From positions 1-64,000 of the forward strand of contig DF237219.1 of NCBI GenBank assembly GCA_000708835.1: DNA of 64,000 bases. Reading direction: 5' to 3'. Positions 1-11,648 of the stretch are shown piece after piece. The notes beneath the pieces are model-generated. The model worked only from the letters and a program-made list of their open reading frames with translations. It was not told the origin of the DNA and did no database searches. Position 1 is the stretch's first letter. Every line of letters starts with the position of its first letter. The translations under genes were made by a program, and so were the position numbers. The DNA is from Klebsormidium nitens. Its lineage: Eukaryota; Plantae; Klebsormidiophyceae.

Positions 1-681
1 GGCGCGCGGTGCACGTGGGTCTTAGTCGGACGGTCACGCGGTGAAGCAGTAACCTGGACACGTGGCGTGTAGTGAATCAACATATCAAATAAGTCGATAG
101 CGTATAATAACGGACGATGCGCGGCCGCGAGTTCAGCGCGCAGCCGGGAGTCGGTGCGCAGTCGTGCCGTTACAACTCGGGTTCCTTATAAGCATTTGTC
201 ATCAACTGCACTGATCAAAAGAACCAGTTACTGTAACTGGTCAAGGTAAGATTTCAACAAAGGAACCTGTGTCCTTGTTAGCGAGAATGATGCCGGAGTG
301 TTTGGACAAACCGTTTCAAAGGAAATGAAGATGGATGCGTACTAAAAGAGGCTCTATTGTCTGTAAAGTAACGTGCCTAATCACAGTAATCCCGGTACCA
401 AAACGTTTTTGAACACATCTGATAAGAGAGCCCCATGAGAGGACGGCCTTGAAACGAAGAAGTTTTGCTTTGAATGGCAAAGAAACAGTTTAGAAGCGAT
501 GAACCCTAAGCAGTGGCAGCAAAAGAACCAAGGCCCCGTAAAATACAACGGTTCGTCGAAGTGAAAACCCTTAGCAAGGAAACTTTGCTAGTACCTTCTG
601 ATCATGGCTGACCAAACGCTGCCCAAAGAGACCACTAGCTTTGAACAAACCCCACCAACGTTGAGCTAAGAGGAAGGCTGC

Positions 682-1044
682 TCACAATTGTGTTCTTGAA
701 TCCCACACGAATTCCTGATGTTGCTCATTGAACTTCAACAAAGCCTCCATGCTCGGCTCAAAGCCGGGAGGGCTGGCCGACGCATTCCCAACTCTCCTCC
801 TCTTCCTCTCAGCCAGCGGTTCTGGGAACGACTGCGCAGACCGCCTCGGTACAAAGGACCCATGTTGAGCTTCCAGCTTGTCCTCTACCGTGTTTCCTGG
901 CGTGCGGTAACCTTGCCGCGTGCGGGGACCTTCTCGTTTGATGGGCGTGATCTCTTGCGTCTGATTCTTTGCGAGGTTGAACGAAACGCTTTTGTCAGCC
1001 ATAGAGACAGTGAAGACTAGCCTGTCCAAAGTGTTGATTGCACC
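682..1044 (-). CDS. Possible exon of an unidentified gene
   Basis: Open frame after a TTGTGCAG acceptor (~1045): GAINTLDRLVFTVSMADKSVSFNL...KRRR..., with a possible GTGAGC donor near 685. No family recognised. Confidence 0.25.
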   Translation of the reverse strand, partial: GAINTLDRLVFTVSMADKSVSFNLAKNQTQEITPIKREGPRTRQGYRTPGNTVEDKLEAQHGSFVPRRSAQSFPEPLAERKRRRVGNASASPPGFEPSMEALLKFNEQHQEFVWDSRTQL

Positions 1045-2272
1045 TGCACAAGAAACCAGGAACTGGGGTTTTCACAAGGCCTTTTGCATCAGAGAACCAC
1101 CCTCTCTAGAAACCCGGCAGAAAGTAGATGTGGGTTGGGTGGATTATGCATCAGGGATCTCTAAAATTGAACTGGAATTGAACAGTGGGGCGAATGAAAC
1201 TCTAAACTAATTTCAACTTCCAGCTAGAACGTGCACCGACATGAGTCTTGGGCAAAAGTCCCGCTCTAAGAATCCATCAATCTGCTCATCTGAAATCCTG
1301 ACTAAAGCTCTGAAAGCCCAAGCTTATGTGTGCGTTGCGATGATCTTACTACCACCTTCGATTGGAGAGAAAGGCGGAAGCCCAAGACAAGAGCCAAGAT
1401 TGAAAGAACACGACAAAAATTAGGGTTGTCAAATAAAAGATGACAATCGGGGTGCCATACACCTCAGCGTCACTCTACACCAAAAGACGGAGGATGGTCA
1501 CTTTGATGGAAGGGATGAAAAGTTAGTTTACCTCATGAAACCAACTTGCTTGTGTCAAACCGCGTCTCAACCCCGTCAGCTTCACTTATAGCAAATAAAC
1601 CTACAATGCCTCAGTGCTAGGGCAATGTGAGGTGATTCAGGCTTTGATTGGATCAATCTGCCAAAATGAGAAGCTGCAAACCTAAAGCTTCAAGCAAAAG
1701 AACCAAAGGGCTAGCCAGATCAGCACCCTGGCAGCAGCTTGCCCCTAGCTTGCCCGCACCTTGCCGCCCCCTTGCCGCAGCTTGCAAACGCCTCTGATGT
1801 ATACTATTTGACAATGCCGCTGAAATAGAGGGGAAAGTAAGAATATGCAACGAGTGAAACCTGTGCCACTTTGCACAGCGTCTGTTAACATGAGCTGCAT
1901 AAGCCTAAGGTGCTCTTGGACGCGCAGACGAGCTTGGAAGCCCTTGTAGCGGTTATGTCTATAAGCATCAAGAGTCTTGTCAGTCAGCTGGCGCCGCGTA
2001 TTGCAGTCGGTTTGCCGGTTGTTCCTCCCGGGTCGCGGTGGGGACGACTGGACATATAAGGAGCAAATGCTTGAGTATTGCCCGGTACAGCTGCCAGGAA
2101 GTGCCGTTTAACGAGCCGTAGGTCGCGACCCTGTCACTGGTAACAGTATTGCCGTCAAATCAAACTGGCGGGTATTACGTGTGAGCACTATTTTCGATCG
2201 ACGACATTTCATATTTGAGACGCTGCGTATACATCAGAGCGGCCATATGCGGTCTGAGCTCATATAAGCGGT

Positions 2273-2380
2273 TGGGCCCTACACAATGGCCGTACCCCCC
2301 AAGCCGAACGCAAAGACAACAGTACGAAATTCGACCCGGGTTTTACCAAAATCCGGGCTTTTCCGATCCGGGGTTTAGGG
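2273..2380 (+). promoter_or_regulatory. Putative promoter elements upstream of FIO1 (site II-like TGGGCC and a TTTAGGG)
   Basis: TGGGCC at 2273-2278 and TTTAGGG at 2374-2380, 130-240 bp upstream of ATG 2512. Short motifs that could occur by chance. Confidence 0.25.
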
Positions 2381-2511
2381 AGTCCCGGCGCTTCCCACCC
2401 CACTTGCTACAACCGTAACCGGAGCGGAGTGACAAATGGACAGCTGGCCGCTCGGGCAGCTCACCTGTTTGAGCAAGCTGTTCCGTTTGTCCTGATTTCG
2501 AGGAGGGAGCT

Positions 2512-5500
2512 ATGGAGGCCGCTTCCGCTTCTGACCTGGAGTTTGCGGCAGTAGGCTACAAGGAGCAGCTCGAGCAAGTGAAGAGATTACTGGTTGCTGA
2601 ACCAGGCAATGCTGAATACTTGCAGGTAAGGAGGACAACTGCATTCTGCAATCAGCAAACTCACAAGCAGAATGTAGTGCACTGCAACTGAAAGGGAGTG
2701 CTGATGTACTACCAATTGATGTCGCAGCTGAAAGGGGATGCTGATGTACAGCCAATTGACGTCGAAGCTCGGGTTGCTGCTTGGTGACAGGCAAGCACGG
2801 TTTGCGCAGTATATGATGGTCGTCATCGCAGAGGTGGCACCGTGATTTCGCCCGCTGTTCTTATTGCACCACCCCTTCACTGCATCACATTCTTCTTGCA
2901 GCTGCATGACGAGTTGGTTGAAATCGTCAGCCTCACAGAAGAGCTCCTGAACACCGCACCGCAGATCCTTGAGCAAGCCTTAGAAGCTGGGCATCAAAAT
3001 TTCGAGCTATATCAAGGAGATAGAACTACTGCCGTAGACGCTTCTGACAGCGCTGCCCCAAGCATTGGTCCTTCTTTGCCAGCTTACAATGTAAGGGAGC
3101 AGCAAAGAGCCGAGATTGGGGTGGCTGTTGGAGAGTCGGGTCCGTCTCAAACGCATCAAGAGGATGGGGGGCATCTGGGGCCTTTGCATGGGCATCAGGA
3201 TTGTCCGGAACATAGTGGTCAACACCAGCATCAATTACTGGGAAAGAGAAAACAGATGCATCCTCGAAACAAGTACGCTGACGCGCCACCAGACTTTGAC
3301 CAGCTCGCAGCCAAGTACCCCTCCTTTGCCCCGTATGTGTATCACTCCGCAGCTGGGCGCCCAAACATCGAGTGGTAAGCCTTCTTGTTTCCCGTAGCCG
3401 TAGATGTTTGCATCTTGCAGTCATTTCAAAGAATCTTTGCTATTTGCTGCACCAGCTTTTGGAGACATCTGCCTATGCCCCCCCCAGCAGGTTTCTCGAT
3501 GTTCAAAGGAGAAAATTCCCAAACATGACAGAGGTCTTATTGGTGTGTCCCTTGATGCAGGACTGACTTCAACGCATCTCGGGAGCTGACGCGCGTCCTC
3601 CTCGACCATGATCACGGTGTCAAGTGGTGGATTCCAGATGGCCAATTGTGTCCAACAGTGACAAACCGGGCTAACTACATCCACTGGATTGAAGACCTGC
3701 TGTACCTATCGCCCGCGCCGTGGCATGCCCAGGTAGGGTCCTGTGGAAAAGGAATCCGTTTTGGCCATCCTCAGGAGAGCTACATGGACGAAGCCGATCG
3801 TCTCCTGGATTGTATGCACTTGACGAAAACTTGAAGTGTGTGATTGAGCTAGCTGTAGCAGGGTGGCAAGAATCGAGGTGCTACATTGTGTAGCAATTGA
3901 ATGATGTCTGTTTCGCTTGGAAGTACTCTTGCTCAATTAGAGCAGCAAAGAAAGTCTAAGTAAGTCAATTGAAGCAATCGATGTTTTGTTACTTGATCTT
4001 GCAGGGGCCACAAACGAAAAGCGGACACGTCACCGGGCTTGACATCGGCGTTGGAGCCAATTGCATCTATCCACTCTTAGGTGCAACTTTGAACGGTTGG
4101 AAGCTCGTGGGAACAGGTAAGGCAAGGTCAAAGAACCGAAATTGCGTCAATTGTCTCCAAGGAATTGTCTTGGCCAAGAGACGCACAGTCTGTAATAATT
4201 TCCGATGGAACTGGATCCATTCGACCATGAGAGCTGGCTTCGATCATCGCCTGAGACGAAATTGTTGAAGCGCCGTTGTCGAAGCTGTTTTGTGCTTAGT
4301 CAGTCTTCGTTCTTCAGAGGGCATTCTCATCTCTGCCAGCATCACCATAAAGGATGTCGGCTTTCTAACGTGTCAGCGTATCCAGATTGGAAAGCCGTTG
4401 GTGCTTCTAACCCTTGCACTCGCTTCTTTGCAGACGTTACGCCGGTTGCTCTGACATGGGCCCAGAAAAACGTGGACGCCAACCCGCACCTGGCCCCGCT
4501 GATAGAGATTCGGTCCGCTAAAGTAGAATCAGGTCCAGAACTCGACACCAAGCGAGAGCGTGTGATAGACAAAAAAGAAAGCTCGCATCCGGAGGCAAGT
4601 GGAGGACACAGCCCAGAGGACGGTGGGGCTAACACGACTGGGGGTGAGCACGGGGAAAGTCTTCGCTCAGCTCCTCATAAAGGAAATGGACCTGAAGCAA
4701 GCGCCAGCGAGCGGGGGCCGGAAGAGTCAGCAGACGATGAGGACGCACCGGCCGCACCGCCCCACCCCATTCTGGACGGAGTGCTGCGGCCAGGGGAGTG
4801 CTTCGACTTCTGCATGTGCAATCCCCCTTTTTTCGAGAGCATGGACGAAGCGGCGGCAAACCCGCGTACTGCGTGCGGGGGCACGGAAGCGGAGATGGTG
4901 TACCCGGGGGGGGAGGAGGAGTTCGTGGCGCGCATAATTGCGGACAGCTGTGCGCTCAAGGGGCGCGTGCACTGGTACACCAGCATGGTGGGCAAGAAAG
5001 GCAGCCTCAAGAAATTGGTGGCGCTGCTGCGCAAGAAGCGGGTGAGCGGAATCGTCATTATTGGTTCGACGAACTTTGTGTGGCTCCTACCTTTGGCGCG
5101 TGGGAGGTTTGTGCCGGAATTTTATTGCCTTGACGTTGAAATGAGGGGAATGATTGCCCAGAATTGGAACGAGTAAGGGTATCATTTCTTTTCGCTGGTC
5201 TTTCATCAAGTAGCTTGCGCTATCTGGGAGAACAGAGGAGAAACGCGAAGTTCTTGATTGGGTCCCAGGATCGACCGTTTGATGTTCATCTTCCTGCGAG
5301 TTGACCGTTACTTGCTGGCTGCTTTTGTGACTCCTCAAGCAACAGGTCTTCGTTGCTATTGCGCTGCTTCAAGAACTCATGTCAGAGCCGTGGAAGGTCC
5401 GTCAAGTACGGTTTCAGGAAACGACGCAGTCTTAGGACGTCAAACAAAAATCTCCCAGGCAAGTGATCGACACTTCACAAATTCTCGGGTACCTCACCCC

Positions 5501-6571
5501 AGATCAGCTGGACGATGCGGATCGCTGTGCTCAATTTCCGATTCTGATTCCGTGCAGGTGGCGGCTACAGAAACGACCGAGTTCGTCCAGGGGAAAACCT
5601 CTCGATGGGGCCTAGCGTGGTCTTTCACGCCCAGGAAGATGACAGCCGCCATGAAGGTACGAACGCCTGACACGGTTGGCTCCTTTTTGCCTCCGGTACC
5701 ATCCCGTTGCAACATCAGGGGTTTACTTTCGTCAGCGCTACCTTATTCAAAACAACTTCAGTTTTAGCAAGTTGCCACCCGCAGCGTTCCTGAGATTCCG
5801 GGTTTCCACGTTTCGAGGTGCTCTGGGCCCGAAACAGATGGGATCATAAGGCGACCACAAGTGTAGTACGCTCTTCCTCAAAGGTCACCTTTTTGGTTAT
5901 GGAGTCGGTGACCTTCCCGATGCTGTGGAGTCTGCCTGGATTATCCACAGGCCTACATCTGCAGTGATGAGAGTCGCACAAGCGCCGCAAGTACATGCAA
6001 AAAAAGTAAAATTTTATTACCTGTCGGGGCCACGGGCCCAATACTGGTGGCACGTTCTTTGCTTAAGAGGTCTCTTTCGGGATCTGAAGGTGAATTTTGC
6101 TGTTCGTTCTTGCAGGAGGCGGTAGCGAAGCAGCTGCCGCAGCGCACCAAGATCTCCTTCACCCTGCAGCGACTGGGGCGGCAAACCGCGGCCTGGACCG
6201 TACTGCAAGCGATCCGGGAGGAGCTCCAGCGAGAGCGCGCCACGTGTCAAGTCAACGAGGCGACTTTCGCCCTCCAGGCCCGCATTCCCGCTGGCGCTCT
6301 AACGGTCCCCAGGGGAGAGGCGGATGATAATACGGAGGCAGAAGATACGGGCGAGGCTGGGCCGGAAGAGAAGCGTAGAAGGTTAGAAACAGGTGGAATG
6401 GAGCATGGCGAATTCGCGGTTAAGGTCTCGGTGTTTCAGCAGGCCCCTGGTACCCTGTTGGTGTCGGCCATCTTGACGGAGCAGCGAGTTCCAATAGCCA
6501 CGACGGCTGCTTTCGGAACGTTGTTTGACCGGGTAGAGGAGAAGTTGAGAAAACGCTTCAAGAGTGCTTGA
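2512..6571 (+). CDS. FIO1: U6 snRNA/mRNA m6A methyltransferase METTL16 (plant FIONA1 ortholog) with an N-terminal SPF30-like helical extension
   Basis: Exons 2512-2625, 2902-3374, 3561-3732, 4005-4116, 4434-5041, 5558-5656, 6116-6571, all GT-AG and in phase. Motifs: HPRNKY..PPDF, W.IPDGQLCPTVTNRANYIHWI, GLDIGVGANCIYPLLG (SAM binding), CMCNPPFF (catalytic), WYTSMVGKK, EFVQGKTSRWGLAWSF, and C-terminal VFQQAPGTLLV. Confidence 0.95.
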
Positions 6572-7359
6572 AGCAGCACGTGAAGTCCGTCTTCCTAAGT
6601 CGCATTGTGCACAAGCTTTCACGTTCTATCGCAGCTACGACTTGATTCGTTGTTCGGAAAGGCTGCCAGCCCCCAGAGTCTAAAGTCCCAGAAAGGCGTT
6701 GTACTAGTCGGACGACCTGCCGTTCGTCACCATCCTGCATCGCGATTTCTAACATGGCACCGTCTTAGCATGCTGTGCGGCTGCACCTCACCAGATCGAG
6801 GAATGCTTCAAACGCCCTTGCAAAGTTTCTGACTGCAAGCTGCGCATACATGGTCCGGCGTACTGTACAGCAGCCTGCATGCTCATGCGCCATTTCTTGT
6901 CACACCAATAGGTGGAAGCAAGCATGTCACCGCGCGCGTGTTCATGCAGCCGCAAGTATGCAGATAGCTTCACAAGTGAACTTCGGCGGCGAGAAGGTAC
7001 CATGGTCCATCTTGACGCTACCTGGACACTTATCCAACACGTGTGGTTGCATGCAAGACGCTCGCCGGGTGGAACATAGCGCATGACGGTAGCTGCCCAG
7101 TGTGACTCGAATACCACAATTTAAAGCTTGAATCCAATCTGCCGCGTGCGAGCCCAGTACATCTTGCGCACTCGAAAGCAAGCTTCTAGGTAGGCCGCGG
7201 CAAGACAGGCGCTCAACATAAGAGCCTGTCTACCCGCTGTATTGCGCTTCAGCTTCACTGGACGGACGTGCAGGTTTGTGAAACTCGAGTCCGACTCTGA
7301 ATCAAGCTGTAAGCCCCCCTTATACACCCCGCTACAATGAAGACTATGCAAATTGGCGC

Positions 7360-8835
7360 TCATTGTTCGTTGACGTCAAAGCGGCGAGTATCAGCGTTGT
7401 CGGACCTTGTCGCTACAATAGTACACCCAGTCCCTTTGGGCGAATTGGATTTTGACAGATCCCCTGATTCAAACTCATCAAAGATGTAACCTGCAGAGCG
7501 CCTATCCAAAGCAGTGAAACGTTGTACGACAGAAAGGATACTTGTGAAGCACATTCAAATTTGAGACATTCTGGGGGACTTATGCAACTTAGAAAGCGCC
7601 TGGTCCATAGTGGGGCACTCTCAATAAGAGAAATCATCAGCATGGGGGTCTGATTGGAAGCGGGTCGGGATACTGAGCAGTTTTGTAATCAACGCTCAAT
7701 CTCACGCAGACTGGCGGCTTATTTTTCGGATAGAATAAGGCGATCTACGCTTGCTAGCCCAGGTCTTTCCTCGGCGCGCGGATCTACTTGCATCATGAAT
7801 CATTGCTTCCACGGAAAGTTAAGACGAAGACTTGTCTGTCTCACCTTGCAGCGCTTTCTTGGCGGTGGCCGCGCTCGCGTGACTTTCAAACTCGACGAAG
7901 GCGATTGGGTATTCTGCCGCACTCTACAGGAAGATCAAGACCCGCATAAGGCAACGCACATGTCAGTACCATTCTGACAGAAGCTGATCCCACAAGTTGC
8001 AAATTTTCATATCTGTTTGAATGTTGGAAGCAATTGCCGCAAGAACGCGCCGGGAAGGCGAAACTGACGGATTCGAGGGAGCTCGTGACAAATGACGGTC
8101 GAGGACTTACCGTCAATCGAGTCAAGCTGCGGTATCCGATGAAGGGTCGGAAAATGTTGTACTCTGGAAGATCAAGGTTTGACTTCAAAAGGAGAGTCGG
8201 CCATTCGTTCGTAGCTAAGACCGGCCAGATGAGAGGCGCAAAGAAGAATCGACTACGGTGAAAGACACGAGGATCAAGGCAAATAGGCGGCTGGCTTAGG
8301 ATCCAAGCGAGAAGCCGTTCTGAGTGTGTGGAGAAGTCGGATTTTGAACAGCGTGAATTCTCGAGGTCAAGCTCATTGGAAGCTGAGCAAGGATACGCGC
8401 TAGCTCCCTCCTCTGAACGTCAGGCGGAAACCCCTTGACGAACAGGATTCGAACCCCGCGACCTGGACGAGACTCTGCTGACGCAGTGGGAGCGCCGGTG
8501 GTCTGATAGGCATGCACCGCGGCATTGGGGGAAGGAGGGCCCGGAGTGGGTGGGCAAAAAGCTGGAGCCCAGCCATCTGGAAGGCGCAAAAAGCCATAGC
8601 TGCCAGATAGATTCCAATCCAAATAATTAATTGGGTAATATGGAGTTCCGTTGTAGTGACTTTGACACCTTAGCGTAGCGTTGTTACCAGGCGACAGATT
8701 CTGTGGGGTGGCTGTGAACCGTTGGCTGACTCGACGTTGAGGACTGACGGCACGAAATAGAGTACGACTACAATCGCGAGCTGTGGCAGAGAAGCCTTCT
8801 ATTCTGATCCGCCTGGCGAGCTCTGGCCCTTGCAT
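7360..8835 (-). CDS. Single-RRM RNA-binding protein (plant NSR / RBPMS-like)
   Basis: Exons ~8835-8397, ~8167-8111, 7923-7845, 7490-7360 give RILFVKGFPPDVQRRELA..NIFRPFIGYRSL..PIAFVEFESHASAATAKKALQGYIFDE (RNP2 and RNP1). The 5' end and exon 2 boundaries are less certain. Confidence 0.75.
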
Positions 8836-10248
8836 TTTTACTGCGGCCCGAATGTAACAGCGGCAACGCGTACATCTGCTTCATGAGAACAATAACAGTT
8901 GCTCTGTTAGATTTATTGATCGCCCACTACTCTTCTTGTCAAGCGCCAGCAGCGCAATGATGTCTTGAACAGTGAAATTAGCGTTTTCTGCGCAAGTGTG
9001 AAAAATGTCTTATGGCTTTCGGGGTGCGCTATATTGCCAAAGTGTCTCACCAGAAGAAGCACGCTGCCGCTTGCACGGAGGCCGCTCGTCGAGATCCTGT
9101 TCCCAGTCAGCCCACGCACTCATCTCGTAGAATGCAACAATCTGGGTAGCAAAGAAATTGTTGGCGCAGCTTCCAACCCCTCTTCTAATACAACATGTTT
9201 TTTTCCAGCACGAAGCGCTCTAGACGTCCGCTGTGGTCTGCTCAGAAGCCCGGAATTGGTGTGCCCCTAACTATGACGACGCGGCTTTTGAAGGAGGCGA
9301 TGGATTGTACCGTTCAACGTCCTAAACCGACCAACGCGACTTGCAAATTTGTGCTGGATACATACTCCTCTCTCACTTCAAGGCACAAACCTTCCGCGTT
9401 TGAGTGACGCAGTACGCTTGCAGTCGCGGGTATGATAACTTTCGTACTTCCTTCCGTAGGAAGAGAGGAGCGCCCGTCTTGATCAGTATGGTGGCTCGTT
9501 ATTGATTCTTAGCTTCGACTCTCGTTATGGACGTCAAACGACTTTAAGCGGCCGCCGTCTTCCCTCCAGGAGATGCGACCGCCAAAAAGGCGACGTCTGT
9601 CTGAGTAGACTTCACGAGTGCGCGGAGTTGGAGAGTTGTGCAGCTCGTTATTAGCCCGCCTGAGGAGATGTTGACTTCAATGGCCTCCGCCCATAGTGCG
9701 CGCTTCGGAATGCAAACACGACATACTCAGGAGACCGTGCTACAGTAGTGGCATCATGTGATGCGCAGATGCGCCGCGACAACCTTTCGGCCTTGGCCGT
9801 CATCCTACAACTTGCCAAGCGCCACCACTGACCGTAGCTGGAAGCGATGCGAGCTAGCTGCTTGCCATGCACTTTGGAGTTCGAATGTCACGACAAACGC
9901 GTGCAGTACTGCAGTACGGTATGCACTACGATTGGCTGCATCTATGGGGTGAATCCCTGGGCCTCCGAGATTTAGTCTCTTTAGTGCAGCGCCAACGAAC
10001 AGCTAGCTACTGAAGGACTGGGGCGACTCCAGAACAAGCTCCACTGGAGCTTGGTTATGGTTGAACGAGGTCGTCAGCAGCATTCAGTATCAATGTGGTA
10101 GGATAGTAATCGTGAAAGCACGCGCTCGCTTGACGAGTTATGAGTAGCCGCAGACTTCAGCTGCCCTTGATACCGTCAGACTCAGGGCCCGGGGTGGCAG
10201 CTTCCTGGATAACCTGTAGCACCTGCCAGAATATCAGGCGATTGGAGG

Positions 10249-10420
10249 GCTTGCTTTTGCGATATATCTATCGAGAAAAATATTCGATATTTTGAATATA
10301 TTCGATTTGAAAGCTTGCTTTCACGCTTTTACACTCGTAAAATATTCAATATTTTGAATATATCAGGATTCTGGCCAATATTTGTACTTTATTTGCAGTA
10401 TATTGAATAATATTGGATAT
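10249..10420. repeat. AT-rich island with a ~63 bp imperfect tandem duplication and short palindromes
   Basis: GCTTGCTTT at 10249 and 10313; AAAATAT-TCG-ATATTTT at 10277-10293; AAAATATT-C-AATATTTT at 10339-10355. Confidence 0.6.
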
Positions 10421-11648
10421 ATCCGGGGCAAAATCCTGGCATATCCGTGCTGGCACCCTGCTATTGGAAGTATTCGGTATCTATCGGACCGAATAAATTG
10501 GATAAACATATCCCCCCCCTTGACAAAATCTGAATAAAAGTAGTGATATGTGCTCAGCTCAACGAGACGAATGCAATGGTGCAAACAAAAGTGGAATATT
10601 CACTCATAATCTTGACGATATTTGAATTTATAAGGATTTATTGCAATTATTTTTATCCATGGAGCTGCCATCCCGGGACTCAGGGTACCGATTGGCACAT
10701 GGCACGTTAAAGGGCAGCTGTGATAGGATATTTCCCGCAAGGATTGGAAAGAAAAGCCGGCTTTTGAGGACATGGCTCGTGCGTGAGAAGCATGCTGGGC
10801 ATCATGGCACACAAGCCAATTACAAGCTGAATGATTAAAGCGGCCCCGGTATTCTGAGCGCGGGCCGAGCTGCATCAAAGCATGGGCCCGGCGGCCGCGC
10901 TGGCGTCCTCCTGGCGGCCGCGCGCGTTGTGCGTAGCAGCGCTAACGCACTGCTACCGTCCTATGCAGCCGCGGCGCGGCCGGGCCGTCGACTGGGCGCT
11001 GGGGTTTATTCAAGGGACTTTAGCGGGGTATGATCTGCCCAGCCGGGGTGCCACGTAAGTCATTGGTCGATAGAGCAATGATTGTACCGTATCGTCTCGG
11101 ATTCGATACCTAGCTTCCACGTGTCTTTCAATGTCCTTCTTGCCACCTGTCGCGTTGAGGTGAAGCACTTGGCCGCCACGTCACATCCTCCCGAAGGTAG
11201 CAACTTGAATGCAGATCAGCTGGAGGATCTTTTACTGTTCTCTGATTAGTCGCCTTGAACAAGATCTTGAGATTTCCAGATTGCGATTGAAGTCTCGAGA
11301 TATCGACAGAATGTGACCGTCCTCGGCCGTAGGCCCGTAGCCGACCATTACTGCCAGCTGGCACCTGTCCTTTGAGTTTTACCCAGCACAGCCCAGGCTT
11401 GAGCCTTGAGGCAGCTTGCCAGAGGCTTGAACTGAGGCTGAAGTTGCTCTTGGGGAGAAAGCAAAGAATCTGCCAAAACCTCGCACAAAACACAAGTGCT
11501 CAAAGATCTCGGGAGCTGCTGATCAGGAGAGACTCTACAAGCTGCATTGCACCAGCTCTTTACCTTCATTACGCAAAGAAAGCAGTCCGTTAGTTCTTGA
11601 GTGTTCACGTCACCTTGAAATCATCTCAGAAGTGGCGTCGACGCAACC

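Noticed and set aside
2676-2768. ~40-bp tandem duplication (CTGAAAGGG..GCTGATGTAC..CCAATTGA) in FIO1 intron 1
   Set aside because: Two imperfect copies only; an ordinary local duplication, not a CRISPR or other array.
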